A stretch of DNA of 64,000 nucleotides from a virus. The notes beneath the pieces are model-generated. The model worked only from the letters and a program-made list of their open reading frames with translations, was not told the DNA's origin and searched no databases. How positions within the stretch are numbered: position 1 is the first letter of the stretch; every line of letters starts with the position of its first letter. The DNA lies in IMG/VR virus record IMGVR_UViG_3300007735_000802; one strand, given 5' to 3'. The position numbers and the translations under genes are program-made. Of this stretch, positions 35,927 through 46,724 are shown piece after piece.

Positions 35927-37843
35927 TTATGTAGTCAGATCTACAAGTTCGCATTTGTCACCACTACATGCGAATGTTTGAGTTCCAACAGTCTTGTCTT
36001 CTTTCTCATAATTTTTGAGTAGAGTCCAATCGACATTCTTTGGCATTTGTTCAAGTGCCTTTTCATACTCTTCCTTGGAACAATCCTGATATGGTGCTTG
36101 ACGATATGAGTGATCGGAATGAGGTAAAAATGAAATACCTGAGATCTCATCAAAGTGCTTATATACAAACGCTCCAACTTCCATCCATTCATGTTCCTTG
36201 ACAGTAACAGTAATTGATGGTTTATGTTCACACCAATGACGCTGATAAGTCAACCACAATTCTAGATGTTCAATTGCTGTAAGATCATTTCGTGTTACTG
36301 AACCTTCTGCCTTCATTGGGAAAGAAAAAACCATGGTGTGGTCTGGTTTCATAACACAAGGTTCCGCAGGGAATCCCATATCAATCATCATCTGACAAAG
36401 AGGATCTTTGCGATCTGCACGAACTGTGCGAATGTAATATTCATTGTGGCGAGCATGAATACCAGATGCAGCATCTGTCAATTGAGATACAGTGCCACTT
36501 GGTTTGATACAAGTGATTGCTGCTGCTGGATTAATTCCAATAATATTCGCCCACTCTTTATTAACTTCGACTGCTAATTCTTTGAGATTGATAAGAGTAT
36601 TTGGAATATCCTGTGTACTTCTCATCATTTTGTTATCAAGAATTCCAGTTAACGAAACACCTAATAGTGCTTCTTCAGTGCAATTCTTCTTCCACTCGGA
36701 TGAGAGATATGGGAAATGAGTCAATGATGCTTGCCATGTTCCTAGAATTGTAGCAAGTCTTACTTTACGACGAAGAGACTCTAGAGTATCTTCAGGACGA
36801 ACTACAACTTCTGTAAGGTTGCAAAACTGACGATCACGAAGAATAATTTCACTGCAAGGATTTGTACCAAACTCATAGGATGCATCACGACGATCACCAA
36901 GTTTAGATACAGTTCTTCTACAAGCATCACGGTTGAAAATACCACGCTCTCCACTCTTTGACTTGTAGAGTGAAACCCATTCGTCCATGAATACGCCTAT
37001 TTCTGGTTTTTCTTTATACGCGACCGAGTTGTTCGCGAGCGCGCGTTGCGGGTTTTCATTCCACCATGCTCCTGACTTGGCATCTCGCATTCTTTCATCT
37101 GTGAGATTGGATAGGCTAATAAGAGCAGATCTACGGACTCCTCCCACCACGACAATTTCTGCAATCTTGCAGACAATATCGTGACATTCAATGGATGTGA
37201 GCTTTCTCCCTGCCGATCTTTTAAAAGTATCAATGGTGAATTTGAAAAGATCTTCGAGAGGTCTTGGTCCACTTGCTCTCCCACCGAAAGTTTTGAGGCG
37301 AGCCCCAGCAGGACGAACCTTTGATAAGTCCCACTTTGGAATCTGACCTCCAATGAGTAAGGAGATAAGTTCTTTGTAAGCCTTAGCCCAACCAGCCTTA
37401 CTATCTTCAACAATAATTGTGGTATCGCTAGGACTAAAGTTTTCAGCGACTGTAGGAAGTTTTTCAACATATTGTCTCTCCACCGAAAATCCTACACCAG
37501 TTCCACACATGAGAATGTATAGGATTTCATCAAACGCTCTTACGCGGTTAATTGCAACATAAGAGCAATTATATCCTGCTGTATTATCTCTCTTCAATGC
37601 ATCCCCGGCCGTCATGAGTGATCGCATGGAAGGCATGATTTCTAGATTCAAAACTGCATCTTTCAATTCCTGACGCAATTCTGGTTGCAAATTATAATTC
37701 AATTGTGTTAGATGTTCATCGAAGAATTTAAAATAACGCTCCACGGTTTCTTCCCATGTCTCACGACGCTTTTCTTTCTCAATCCAGCGAGCGTATCTGG
37801 ATGTGTGTATAAACTTCTGATAATCAGATGGTAAATCTTTCAT
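35927..37843 (-). CDS. nrdJ: class II (B12-dependent) ribonucleotide reductase
   Basis: MPSMR, YNC, GGVRRSALI, GTNPCSEI, QFCNL, IKPSGTVS, C-terminal CSGDKC. Confidence 0.92.
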   Translation of the reverse strand: MKDLPSDYQKFIHTSRYARWIEKEKRRETWEETVERYFKFFDEHLTQLNYNLQPELRQELKDAVLNLEIMPSMRSLMTAGDALKRDNTAGYNCSYVAINRVRAFDEILYILMCGTGVGFSVERQYVEKLPTVAENFSPSDTTIIVEDSKAGWAKAYKELISLLIGGQIPKWDLSKVRPAGARLKTFGGRASGPRPLEDLFKFTIDTFKRSAGRKLTSIECHDIVCKIAEIVVVGGVRRSALISLSNLTDERMRDAKSGAWWNENPQRALANNSVAYKEKPEIGVFMDEWVSLYKSKSGERGIFNRDACRRTVSKLGDRRDASYEFGTNPCSEIILRDRQFCNLTEVVVRPEDTLESLRRKVRLATILGTWQASLTHFPYLSSEWKKNCTEEALLGVSLTGILDNKMMRSTQDIPNTLINLKELAVEVNKEWANIIGINPAAAITCIKPSGTVSQLTDAASGIHARHNEYYIRTVRADRKDPLCQMMIDMGFPAEPCVMKPDHTMVFSFPMKAEGSVTRNDLTAIEHLELWLTYQRHWCEHKPSITVTVKEHEWMEVGAFVYKHFDEISGISFLPHSDHSYRQAPYQDCSKEEYEKALEQMPKNVDWTLLKNYEKEDKTVGTQTFACSGDKCELVDLTT

Positions 37844-37864
37844 ATAACTCCTTTAGTCGGTATC

Positions 37865-38566
37865 TTATGTATTCGCTGTCAGTAGACTCCAAGATTCATA
37901 AAACAAAGGTTCAATTATTTCTCCAATTGCCTTTGCATATTCTTGAACTTCCCACTGTGCATGAGGATCTGTTCTTTGTTTGTATACTCTTGCATAAGCA
38001 GAAAGAGAACCAGTCCACCACCACTCGGTATATACACCTTGTGGTAAAATAAATCTTGCTTGCTCTGGTGCAACTCCTGCTTCTAGAAGTTGGTCATAAA
38101 CTTCAATCGCTTGTTTTGCATTTTCACGATAGATTCTGTCAACATGTTCTTTTGCTCTAGGATCTGTGATGAAATCTTCCGATCCTTGCTTTGCACCATT
38201 TGTTGGTTTGCTACGAAAAAATGGATAATAAAGATCTGGTTCATATGAAACATATCTTCGTGAAATTTCATTCTCAACGAACCCAACCTTGTGTTTGAAA
38301 AGTTGTGTACGAATAGAAATTGGTGCTTTAATTCTCAAAGTTATTGAGGTATGTGCAAATGGAGTCCAGTGTTGGTGTTTTGCAAGATACTGAATTAACT
38401 TTGAATCTTTTGCTGAGAGATGACCAACACCATCATGATCAACTTCTTCCCAAGTGCTTTCTTTATTAAACGAAACTCTTGCTGCATTTACAATTGACAA
38501 GTCTGAACCCATATGATCAACATATTCAACAAACCCCGCATCAAGAACATTCTTTCTGTTGTTCAT
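37865..38566 (-). CDS. thyX: flavin-dependent thymidylate synthase
   Basis: NAARVS, HWTPF, NEISRRY, EQARFILPQ, HAQWEV. Confidence 0.95.
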   Translation of the reverse strand: MNNRKNVLDAGFVEYVDHMGSDLSIVNAARVSFNKESTWEEVDHDGVGHLSAKDSKLIQYLAKHQHWTPFAHTSITLRIKAPISIRTQLFKHKVGFVENEISRRYVSYEPDLYYPFFRSKPTNGAKQGSEDFITDPRAKEHVDRIYRENAKQAIEVYDQLLEAGVAPEQARFILPQGVYTEWWWTGSLSAYARVYKQRTDPHAQWEVQEYAKAIGEIIEPLFYESWSLLTANT

Positions 38567-39078
38567 TTAAACTCCTTCAAAAAATCACTAGTATCACCAA
38601 GATTCTTCTTTATTTGTTCAATTGCAAATTCAATAAACTTTGGATCATCTGTGATATATTTGCAAACTTTGACAAAGTTACTCCAATCAGTTGTATCAAA
38701 ATTTTCATATGACAAACTACGGGCATGATGAATAAAATTTGCAAGATAATTCTTCATTCCAAGAAGATCATCCTTTTGAGTCTTCTTCTTTTTCATCCAA
38801 ATTTCTTTTGCTTCGTCCTCATTTCCAACCTTGTTAACTAGACGATTAAAACTAGACTCAGTCTTAACAAGAGTCCTGAGAAGTTCATCTAAGAACTTTT
38901 TATTATCTTCATGCCAATAGTCGAAAACAATTCCATTGTCATTCTTTGCATATGTCTTGGCATAATCAACTGCTCTATAAAATAAATCACGATCTGTCTC
39001 GCGAATATATTCACTAAACTTAAAATGAAATTCTACCATGCTGGTAAGAAGTAAAAAATCTTTCTCTGAAATCTTCAT
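38563..39078 (-). CDS. hypothetical protein
   Basis: Coupled between primase and thyX. Confidence 0.65.
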   Translation of the reverse strand: MKISEKDFLLLTSMVEFHFKFSEYIRETDRDLFYRAVDYAKTYAKNDNGIVFDYWHEDNKKFLDELLRTLVKTESSFNRLVNKVGNEDEAKEIWMKKKKTQKDDLLGMKNYLANFIHHARSLSYENFDTTDWSNFVKVCKYITDDPKFIEFAIEQIKKNLGDTSDFLKEFK

Positions 39079-40070
39079 TGGCATTTTCTCCATGAATTAA
39101 ATGCTAAAAGTGCAGAAGCATTTTGATGTGTGTTATTACCTATTATAACAAGTGGATCCAGATCATTCAATACCATATCATTTATATCCTTTTCTTTTAT
39201 ATGATCTGGATAAATGCATATTTTTTCGCCGCGGTCGATGAGTTCTCTATAAATTTTCACTATCTCTTTATTTCTTGGTTCATTGTCCAATACGAAAATC
39301 AAATCTTGAGTTGGAAATGTCTTTCTAATTTCTAGAAAATTTCCTGAACCAAGACAAGCAATTGCATTGGGTAGGAAGAGACTGTCGATTGGACCCTCCA
39401 CAACAAAGATACGCTTGCTCAAATTAACAGTATTCAGTCCATAAATTAGTCTTGTTTTTTCATTTCTTTTCAGAGTTATATACTTTGGTTTTATATTTTC
39501 CAAAGATCTACCCTGAGCACCTATAAGTTGATTGTGCTCATCGTAAATTGGAATTATTATTCTTTCGTCTTCAATTAAAGAATAATCTGAATTTATATTT
39601 TTTGCATATGTACCAAATGTTTTGGTGTATTTAAATTTATCCCAGTGCTGCTTTGGTATTTTTCTAGACTGTAGAAAATGAATTGCCTTATGTGTCTCTT
39701 CTAGATCAGAAATAAATTCTGACGAATCAACAATCATACTAGTGATATTTTGTTTTTCTTCTACCACTATAGATTCATGTTTTGGTCTTTCATTTTTCTC
39801 CATAAACTTTTCAAGAGAGTATTGCTTAAAAAGAACAGGAGAAACTATTTCCAAAAATTTGTAGATGTTATGTGATGCACCACAATTATGACATTTGAAA
39901 AAGTAAGTATTTTCTGATTGAAAGAAATAACCTCTCGCTTTATTCTTGTTTACTTCAGAATCTCCACAAATTGGACATCTACAATTTGCAAGATTAATCT
40001 TCTTCCATTTGAATTTTTGAAGAGAAGAAGAAACAAGATTAATATACTTTTGATCAAGATACAGACTCAT
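39075..40070 (-). CDS. gp61: DNA primase (T4 gp61-like)
   Basis: CPICGDS...KCHNCG; TOPRIM VVEGPIDS, DNEPRN, KDINDM. Confidence 0.95.
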   Translation of the reverse strand: MSLYLDQKYINLVSSSLQKFKWKKINLANCRCPICGDSEVNKNKARGYFFQSENTYFFKCHNCGASHNIYKFLEIVSPVLFKQYSLEKFMEKNERPKHESIVVEEKQNITSMIVDSSEFISDLEETHKAIHFLQSRKIPKQHWDKFKYTKTFGTYAKNINSDYSLIEDERIIIPIYDEHNQLIGAQGRSLENIKPKYITLKRNEKTRLIYGLNTVNLSKRIFVVEGPIDSLFLPNAIACLGSGNFLEIRKTFPTQDLIFVLDNEPRNKEIVKIYRELIDRGEKICIYPDHIKEKDINDMVLNDLDPLVIIGNNTHQNASALLAFNSWRKCQ

Positions 40071-41440
40071 CAGAAATTCCAATTTTCAAACTTAAAGTTT
40101 TTATTTTCTTTTGGTTGTTGCTTTGGTTGCGAAGTGGGAATCACAAGCGCATCATCTTTCTTGATGTCAAACACTTTCATCTTCGCACGATTAATTCCAA
40201 GAATAAACTTTCTATTCACTGCTGTATCATTATATCGATTCTTGAGTTGCTTGACCATTATTTGGTTCATCTCTGCCAGTTCTTCGGTAGAGATCAATGC
40301 AAACATGAAATCAGCAGTAGCAGGAAGACCAAACGACTCAGATGTGTCTTCCAATCCCACATCAGAGTTTGAATATCCGGATCTTGTAGTTTGTGTTGCA
40401 CTGAAAATTGGTACATTATATTCAACCGCGAGTCCACGAAGTTCTTCAGCAATAGACTTGATGTATGTATAACTGTTTATGTTATTTCCATTCTTTAAAC
40501 GAGCAGATGCACATATATTCAAATAATCGATGAAGATAACATCTGGTTTAAACTTTCTCTTTAACCAAAGTTCATCAAGTAGAAATCTAAAGTGATTTAC
40601 ATTTGCTGTTGCGGTAGGATATTCTTTGATGATAAGTTTTCCAGTTACACCAGCACTCAGATTTTGCATTCTCTTTTCATAAACTGTCTTTGGAAGTTCC
40701 TTCAGGTTATCAAGAGTGATGTCTAATAGATTTGCATCTATTCTTTCAGCAATTCTTTCTTCTGCCATCTCACAAGTAATATACAAAACATTTGAATTTT
40801 GTTTCAGACAATTCGCGGCATGGTGGCAAAGAAATAATGACTTACCAACACCAGTTCCTGCCATGACGATATTGAGTGTCTTAGCAGGAGTTCCACCATT
40901 TGTGATTTGATTAAAGAAGTCCAAGTCAAATGGAACTTTCTTTTCAACTGTATGATAAAATTCGTAACGCTGTTCATAATCTTCAATGTAGTCATGTCCG
41001 ATATGTACATCAAAGGAAACAGCAAGTGCTTTTGATAAAATATCAGGGATTGCTCCTTGACTATTTTGAGATTTTCCATCAATGATGGAAATAGATTCCA
41101 TAATTGCATTATAAACTGCCTTTTCTTTGCAGAATGTTTCTGTCTCTGCAAATAACCATTCCATATCACACGATTCCTTACTGTTTGAAATTTCCTCAAC
41201 AATATTGGAAACGCGCTTTAGTTCATCCTGTGTGATTGATTTATTTTTATCAAGAATAATATACAGTGCCTCTTTTGTGGGCAAGTTATTATACTTCAAA
41301 ATAAAATCATGAATGCTCTCAAAAACAAATCTTACAGATCTGTCATGAAAATACTCCCTCTTGAGGAAGGGAGTAACTTTTCGTGAGTATGGTTCATTTT
41401 TGAGAAGACTGTGTAGTATTAGTTTTTCGATATCCGTCAT
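40070..41440 (-). CDS. gp41: replicative helicase (T4 gp41-like)
   Basis: [33 protein letters not shown]. Confidence 0.95.
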   Translation of the reverse strand: MTDIEKLILHSLLKNEPYSRKVTPFLKREYFHDRSVRFVFESIHDFILKYNNLPTKEALYIILDKNKSITQDELKRVSNIVEEISNSKESCDMEWLFAETETFCKEKAVYNAIMESISIIDGKSQNSQGAIPDILSKALAVSFDVHIGHDYIEDYEQRYEFYHTVEKKVPFDLDFFNQITNGGTPAKTLNIVMAGTGVGKSLFLCHHAANCLKQNSNVLYITCEMAEERIAERIDANLLDITLDNLKELPKTVYEKRMQNLSAGVTGKLIIKEYPTATANVNHFRFLLDELWLKRKFKPDVIFIDYLNICASARLKNGNNINSYTYIKSIAEELRGLAVEYNVPIFSATQTTRSGYSNSDVGLEDTSESFGLPATADFMFALISTEELAEMNQIMVKQLKNRYNDTAVNRKFILGINRAKMKVFDIKKDDALVIPTSQPKQQPKENKNFKFENWNF

Positions 41441-42480
41441 TCTTCATCCTCAGTTTTGGTTTCTCCACCATAACTGAACTTATTATACACTGCTTTATCG
41501 ATCTGGTCAAGTATGTCTTTGGTAAAATACTTTTCAGGATTATCATAGATCGTTTTTTCAAAAACTTTTGACCCATCTGACAATTCAATACGAGTAGAAT
41601 TCTTCTTGAATATTCCTGCCTCTACAGCAATATCGACAAGACCATAATATGGATCAATACCCGTATCATAATTCAGACGAATATCAACCATGCTGTTTTC
41701 TTTTGTAAATCTACCCTTGTAAAGTTTAGCATGAATAATATTTCCAACAACTTCACCATCTGAATTCTTATCCTTCTTCTTTGAAAGATAAACAATCGTA
41801 GATGCTGCGTATTTAAGACCAGTACCACCACCCATTTCAGACATTGGAACATATGCACCAACTACTTGATATGTGTGATTGGTCATGATCATTGGAATCT
41901 TTGCCACTCCGAGTTTAACAGTAAGAACACGGAATGTTGACTTTACAATCTGCGCGCGAGTCATGTCGCGTGTTTCCTTTCCTTCAGCAGTGTCATTCAT
42001 CTCCTTCGATGTTGACAACATGCCAAGAGAATCAAGAACAATCATTGTTGGTTTGCGACTCTCTTGTGGAAGTTCAAGTACCTTGTCAACGATTGTAATT
42101 GCTTGGTGTCTGAATTCCTCAATGGTTGCAACAGGAAAAACTGCAACACGCTTTGGATCAATACCTCGACTCTTGAACATCTCAGAAGTAACTGCTTGTT
42201 CTGAATCAAAGTAAAGAACGACTGCTTCTGGATTATCTCGTAAAAACTTTGAAACAATACCTAGTGTAAAATAGGTCTTACCTGTAGATGACTCTCCAGC
42301 AAGTGCTAGAATCTTATTGTTCGGAAGACCCGAATAAATGCTTGCACTTAGAAGTCCATTGAAAAGATAACAACCAGTGTCAACAAATCCTGCAACATCA
42401 CTGCCATCCAATCCTTCAGAAACGAGAGAAGCATATTTGTTTCCTGAAGATTTAACCATAGAAGATAAAAAATCACTCAT
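41437..42480 (-). CDS. uvsX: RecA-like recombinase
   Basis: [30 protein letters not shown]. Confidence 0.95.
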   Translation of the reverse strand: MSDFLSSMVKSSGNKYASLVSEGLDGSDVAGFVDTGCYLFNGLLSASIYSGLPNNKILALAGESSTGKTYFTLGIVSKFLRDNPEAVVLYFDSEQAVTSEMFKSRGIDPKRVAVFPVATIEEFRHQAITIVDKVLELPQESRKPTMIVLDSLGMLSTSKEMNDTAEGKETRDMTRAQIVKSTFRVLTVKLGVAKIPMIMTNHTYQVVGAYVPMSEMGGGTGLKYAASTIVYLSKKKDKNSDGEVVGNIIHAKLYKGRFTKENSMVDIRLNYDTGIDPYYGLVDIAVEAGIFKKNSTRIELSDGSKVFEKTIYDNPEKYFTKDILDQIDKAVYNKFSYGGETKTEDEE

Positions 42481-42490
42481 AATATTTCCT

Positions 42491-43606
42491 TTACCCAAAT
42501 AGGGATTCTAATGTATTTTTCTTTTCAGTTGACCATCCTATAGTATCTAGGATTGTAGTCAATGGATCTATAAAAGATTTTTCAAATTGCATTTTGTAAT
42601 CAATAAATTCATGCAATCCAAATTCTTTTGGTAAAATATTTGGAAAAGAAATAATTTGATCTTCACCACGAATACCACCAAGTGGATTTGGTTTCTTCAA
42701 ATGAAGATACTTGATCTTATCTCCTTCAATTATTTTTTTGTACTTTTTATTAATTTTATATTTTTCGATATAGTGGTTGTAAATCAAAGAACCTTTTACA
42801 GCAATTGGTGTCGATTTCTTATAGATTGTAGCACGATCAGCATACTTATCCATACCATTTACACTACGAGGAAATGCAATTTCCTCTGGACTTAAGGAAA
42901 AGAATTGCTTTTTACATTTTTCAACAAAAGTAACCATATCACTCTCATTGCCATTCATTGTAATATGAATTGCATCTTTGAGATATTTTCTAACACATTC
43001 TGGTGTTGAACTACGAGTAGTTTCAATTCCCATAATCTTAAGTTTTGGTTCTACATATCGAACACCTTCAGAGTCCCATACATTAAGCATGTATCTTTTC
43101 TTTGCAGTCCAAATTCCCTTGTCTGCAATAACTTCTCGACCCATCTGCATCTTATTCTCATAAGCATTCATGATGGAGGCAAGTTCTTTAAACTTTTTGT
43201 CGATGAACGGCAAGATTGCGTCGATTGAAGATTTATCGATAAAATTTACAATCTTGGTTTTATCAGTCGTATTTGGCATTACTTTTTGTACAAGTGGTCC
43301 AAGATTCAAATAAACAGAGTCAGTATCAGATGCGATCACATAATCAATATCTTTAGTTCCGACAATCTTGTTTAAATAATTATTTAGTTCTTGACCAATC
43401 CATTGAATAGACAACTGACCCGACAGAGTGATTGCCTCTGCGAGTTCAGTTGAATAATATCTAAAATATTCGTTTCCAATTGCCCCGTAAGCAGAATTCA
43501 ATTGAATTTTTCTTACTAACTGGAAATTATGGTATTTGGAAATTTCTAATTCATATTGTTTACGGAGAGATAGCAATTCTTCCGTAGATAACTTTGAATA
43601 ATTCAT
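42491..43606 (-). CDS. gp43: family B DNA polymerase, C-terminal half (gp43B)
   Basis: [20 protein letters not shown]; own promoter TTGACT-16-TACAAT 7 nt upstream. Confidence 0.92.
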   Translation of the reverse strand: MNYSKLSTEELLSLRKQYELEISKYHNFQLVRKIQLNSAYGAIGNEYFRYYSTELAEAITLSGQLSIQWIGQELNNYLNKIVGTKDIDYVIASDTDSVYLNLGPLVQKVMPNTTDKTKIVNFIDKSSIDAILPFIDKKFKELASIMNAYENKMQMGREVIADKGIWTAKKRYMLNVWDSEGVRYVEPKLKIMGIETTRSSTPECVRKYLKDAIHITMNGNESDMVTFVEKCKKQFFSLSPEEIAFPRSVNGMDKYADRATIYKKSTPIAVKGSLIYNHYIEKYKINKKYKKIIEGDKIKYLHLKKPNPLGGIRGEDQIISFPNILPKEFGLHEFIDYKMQFEKSFIDPLTTILDTIGWSTEKKNTLESLFG

Positions 43607-43626
43607 AAGTCACATTGTATCAAAAA

Positions 43627-43986
43627 TTAATGAAGAGTCAAGAGATACTTTGTTGTATTGATGATTGCTAGCATCTCATCACGAATATTTAAAAGATCAG
43701 AGTCTTTATCTTCAGACAAACTCTGTGGTAATTCATTGAGCAAAAAGTTTTCAAAATACTTCAAAACGGGCATTGGATGTGCAGCTTCATATCCGAGTAA
43801 CTCAATTGTTCTATTTTGTTCAGTATCCTTACCATACTTGCCCATGTAAGTTTCAACAAAAGAGTCAATTAGTGGATCTAGTGCTTCGTATGCTTTTCCA
43901 AGTGCTTTATGTTCAGCAAAGGAAGGTGTTTGCCAGTGATGAATTCTTAATTGATTTTGAAGGGTTAAAAACTTTTCGATATGCAT
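43627..43986 (-). CDS. ferritin/Dps-like four-helix-bundle protein
   Basis: HHWQT..FAEHKALG..Y...D.FVE; NIRDEM. Confidence 0.75.
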   Translation of the reverse strand: MHIEKFLTLQNQLRIHHWQTPSFAEHKALGKAYEALDPLIDSFVETYMGKYGKDTEQNRTIELLGYEAAHPMPVLKYFENFLLNELPQSLSEDKDSDLLNIRDEMLAIINTTKYLLTLH

Positions 43987-44002
43987 ATTATTCTCCTATA
44001 CT

Positions 44003-44257
44003 TTATATAGAAGACTTCCAAACACCATCTAGAATGACTCCATAATCTGGAACATCATCTGGAGATACCTTTTCTACGCTGTAACATTGACTAATTTTCA
44101 TCGCAGTCCTGAGTCTATTTAATATTTCACATTCAGTAACTGCATTTGATTTCTTCTTGAATACAAGAATACCCTTACGGGGTTCTCCCGAAGGGTCTTT
44201 AATATTATCAGAAACAAAGTTTTTGGTTCCAGTTACAATTCCGTACATTAAAACCAT
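44003..44257 (-). CDS. hypothetical protein
   Basis: Coupled ORF in the island. Confidence 0.55.
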   Translation of the reverse strand: MVLMYGIVTGTKNFVSDNIKDPSGEPRKGILVFKKKSNAVTECEILNRLRTAMKISQCYSVEKVSPDDVPDYGVILDGVWKSSI

Positions 44258-44523
44258 CCCTTTTTCTTCTCAGGACAATTGAAGACGATACAAGAAGGTC
44301 GAGTCCATTCGTAGCGCATTACCCCATAGTAGTCTAGAACCACTACACGACACACATACATTGGCATGACAATTGTTCCACTCTCCCATTGCTTTTTAAA
44401 GAGATCAGACAACTTACTGATTTCTTCCTCGTCATCGCCCGTGTATTCAGAGTCGATATGGATCAGGAACTTCAGGTTGCTCATTTCTTGTTTCTTTTGT
44501 GCTTCAGTCATACCACTATCCAT
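44248..44523 (-). CDS. hypothetical protein
   Basis: Coupled ORF; start uncertain. Confidence 0.55.
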   Translation of the reverse strand: MDSGMTEAQKKQEMSNLKFLIHIDSEYTGDDEEEISKLSDLFKKQWESGTIVMPMYVCRVVVLDYYGVMRYEWTRPSCIVFNCPEKKKGWF

Positions 44524-44804
44524 CCCTTCTCTTTGGTCAGGTACTTGAACAGTTCTCTTCCTACTGGGCGACTCATCGTTCTGAACTCACCTCTCCTCAA
44601 TGTGATCTGTGGAAACTTCATCACATATTCATCATCTCCGTATCCTGGGATGATTGTGACTCCAACCATATCGGTATCAACATCATCAGACCAACAGAAA
44701 TGGACTTCGTCAAGGGATGGGAGATGTCTCACAACACACGACTTTTCCCAATTCAATTCCAACGGAGATGTATCTGGAATGTATGGATCACCGTAGCGTT
44801 TCAT
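44508..44804 (-). CDS. hypothetical protein
   Basis: GGAGGAG RBS; ATGA overlap. Confidence 0.6.
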   Translation of the reverse strand: MKRYGDPYIPDTSPLELNWEKSCVVRHLPSLDEVHFCWSDDVDTDMVGVTIIPGYGDDEYVMKFPQITLRRGEFRTMSRPVGRELFKYLTKEKGWIVV

Positions 44805-45436
44805 CGTCTCCTCCGAACACCAATCATACCAGCAATCCCGATCAGCGCAAGTGCCGATGGTACAGGAACAACCGTGTAGTCGATGTTGTCTATGGCAAGG
44901 TGAGACGAATACGCCGTTCCAACTCCATACACCTTGATATCCGTGATGTTGTTCAGAGGACCAGGATATGCATTAGAGATGATGAGTTTCGTCCGATCTG
45001 CCTGATTGAGTTGGGCGGTATAGGTGAACACTCCCTCTCCGTATCGGTATCCTTCGATCACCATAGTCATGGAAGTCCACACCGCCGTGACCTCAAGGCT
45101 GTTCAGCCTCCATAATTCACCACCACGACTGATGCGATAGTTGTTGAATGCATAAGAACCCCACGGAGTGTAGATGGCACGATCTCCGATGATGCCTTCG
45201 TCATATCCACCCCAACCCGCTCCACCAACCATGTCATAATAGGACCATTGGTAGTTTCCTTGTGCATTGGAACTTGTAAAGTTGAATCCTTCGTATGATC
45301 CAATCGAATCGTGCATGAATCCAGTTGAATTGGTAAAGGAATCTGCGTTCGTCGGAGCAGGAAGGTTCTCAAAGGTGCAGAGCGCACCTTGTGCCGAAGT
45401 AGCGATCAGAGTCGTTGCGATTAGTGTCTTCATCAT
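44801..45436 (-). CDS. PEP-CTERM-type surface-sorted protein
   Basis: Signal peptide MMKTLIATTLIATSAQG; C-terminus VPVPSALALIGIAGMIGVRRRR. Confidence 0.85.
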   Translation of the reverse strand: MMKTLIATTLIATSAQGALCTFENLPAPTNADSFTNSTGFMHDSIGSYEGFNFTSSNAQGNYQWSYYDMVGGAGWGGYDEGIIGDRAIYTPWGSYAFNNYRISRGGELWRLNSLEVTAVWTSMTMVIEGYRYGEGVFTYTAQLNQADRTKLIISNAYPGPLNNITDIKVYGVGTAYSSHLAIDNIDYTVVPVPSALALIGIAGMIGVRRRR

Positions 45437-45447
45437 TGTGTGTTCCT

Positions 45448-45915
45448 TTATCCCAAGTCCTGTAGATTTTCGTAATGGGGTGGTGTTGCCTTGACGGGTT
45501 CTGAAACCACACCCCGCATCTTCAGTTCCCTCAATTGCCTGTTCTCTTCCCAAAGTCGCTCAATGCTTTTGTTATTTTCCTCTGAGCGTGCCTTTAGAAA
45601 TTTATCAAAGTCAGTTACCGATTGTGGAAACTTTGCCCACTTTCTTTCATCATTGAAATAGTTCCAACCACGGGAGATGGCATAGTCACCCGCAAGGAAT
45701 CCAGTCAAGTGGTGAAAGCCACAGACTTCCCACCTTGCTTCATCTCGTTCCTTCTCAAGTTCACGGCACTTCTGCACCAACAGGTTGTTCTGGTACTTTG
45801 CATTCTCCAGTTCCTCCGTCAGACGGTATCGCTCAGACATGGCAGGGTATGGCTTCCTGCCACGGAGTCTGTCTAGGTTGTCTCCTGCGAGTAGATCGGG
45901 GTCTTCTTCAGTCAT
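45448..45915 (-). CDS. ERDxAR-family coiled-coil protein
   Basis: KERDEARWEVC...RGWNYF. Confidence 0.65.
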   Translation of the reverse strand: MTEEDPDLLAGDNLDRLRGRKPYPAMSERYRLTEELENAKYQNNLLVQKCRELEKERDEARWEVCGFHHLTGFLAGDYAISRGWNYFNDERKWAKFPQSVTDFDKFLKARSEENNKSIERLWEENRQLRELKMRGVVSEPVKATPPHYENLQDLG

Positions 45916-46129
45916 TGTTGTCCTCCTTGAAGCAGTAAACCTTCAGTGTTTCAATCTCTTCATATATTCGGTCAAGTTTTTCATGAGTTTTATTCGGTGA
46001 AATGTTCCCATCACCAATATCGTGGCCAAGATCTATTATCTTTTCTTGGATTTTATCCAAGCAAATAAGAACATATTTTTTGGTGCCTTTTTTACTTTTT
46101 GTTTTCTTTTTAGTCTTGGGCACTGGCAT
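45908..46129 (-). CDS. hypothetical helical protein
   Basis: AGGAG RBS; resembles 5347-5592. Confidence 0.6.
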   Translation of the reverse strand: MPVPKTKKKTKSKKGTKKYVLICLDKIQEKIIDLGHDIGDGNISPNKTHEKLDRIYEEIETLKVYCFKEDNND

Positions 46130-46547
46130 TCTCCTTCAGATATTGCCACCCACGCTTCTTGTATTCCTCGTCTACATCTTCAAAACGACAGGCTTGATCG
46201 ATGATCGAAGACATTACTTCTCGCCGTGCTTCGTCGCGCTCCTTGATCAAGCGATCTATCTCACTGCATCGGTGATGACCATATTCACCCGCATATCCCG
46301 CATGGCATTGATTTGCAGCAAGTGCCGTATTCTCATCAAGGAGTCTACGGGCAATGTATACCATGTCCGCAAAGTCATCGCCGTAATTGGGATACTCATC
46401 GGTTCCCTCAACTCGCTTGTCCTCCGCTGCAAGTTCCTCTTCATGGAACTTGATCGTCTTCTCCATGTCTTGCAGAGACATGATGTGATCGGAGGGACCG
46501 CATGTGAGGTTTTTGAAGTAGTCTAGTGGATTTTCTTCGTTTGTCAT
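46110..46547 (-). CDS. ERDxAR-family protein
   Basis: KERDEARREV...RGWQYL; ATG 46547 lies just past the tRNA-Leu 3' end. Confidence 0.65.
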   Translation of the reverse strand: MTNEENPLDYFKNLTCGPSDHIMSLQDMEKTIKFHEEELAAEDKRVEGTDEYPNYGDDFADMVYIARRLLDENTALAANQCHAGYAGEYGHHRCSEIDRLIKERDEARREVMSSIIDQACRFEDVDEEYKKRGWQYLKENASAQD

Positions 46548-46549
46548 AA

Positions 46550-46631
46550 TACCAAAGGTGGGAATCGAACCCACATGCCGTTAGGCAATTGATTTTGAAT
46601 CAATCGTGTATGCCAATTTCACCACTTTGGT
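46550..46631 (-). tRNA. tRNA-Leu(CAA)
   Basis: ACCAAAG acceptor, ATTGA-TTCAAAA-TCAAT anticodon arm, long variable arm, GGTTCGATTCC; no encoded CCA. Confidence 0.9.
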
Positions 46632-46636
46632 ATGAA

Positions 46637-46721
46637 TGGGATTGGTGGGATTCGAACCCACAATGTTTCTTAAGTGAGGCATTTTAAGTGCCTTGCGTTT
46701 CGCCAGTTTCGCCACAATCCC
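46637..46721 (-). tRNA. tRNA-Leu(TAA)
   Basis: GGGATTG acceptor, AGGCA-CTTAAAA-TGCCT, long variable arm, GGTTCGAATCC. Confidence 0.9.
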
Positions 46722-46724
46722 GAA

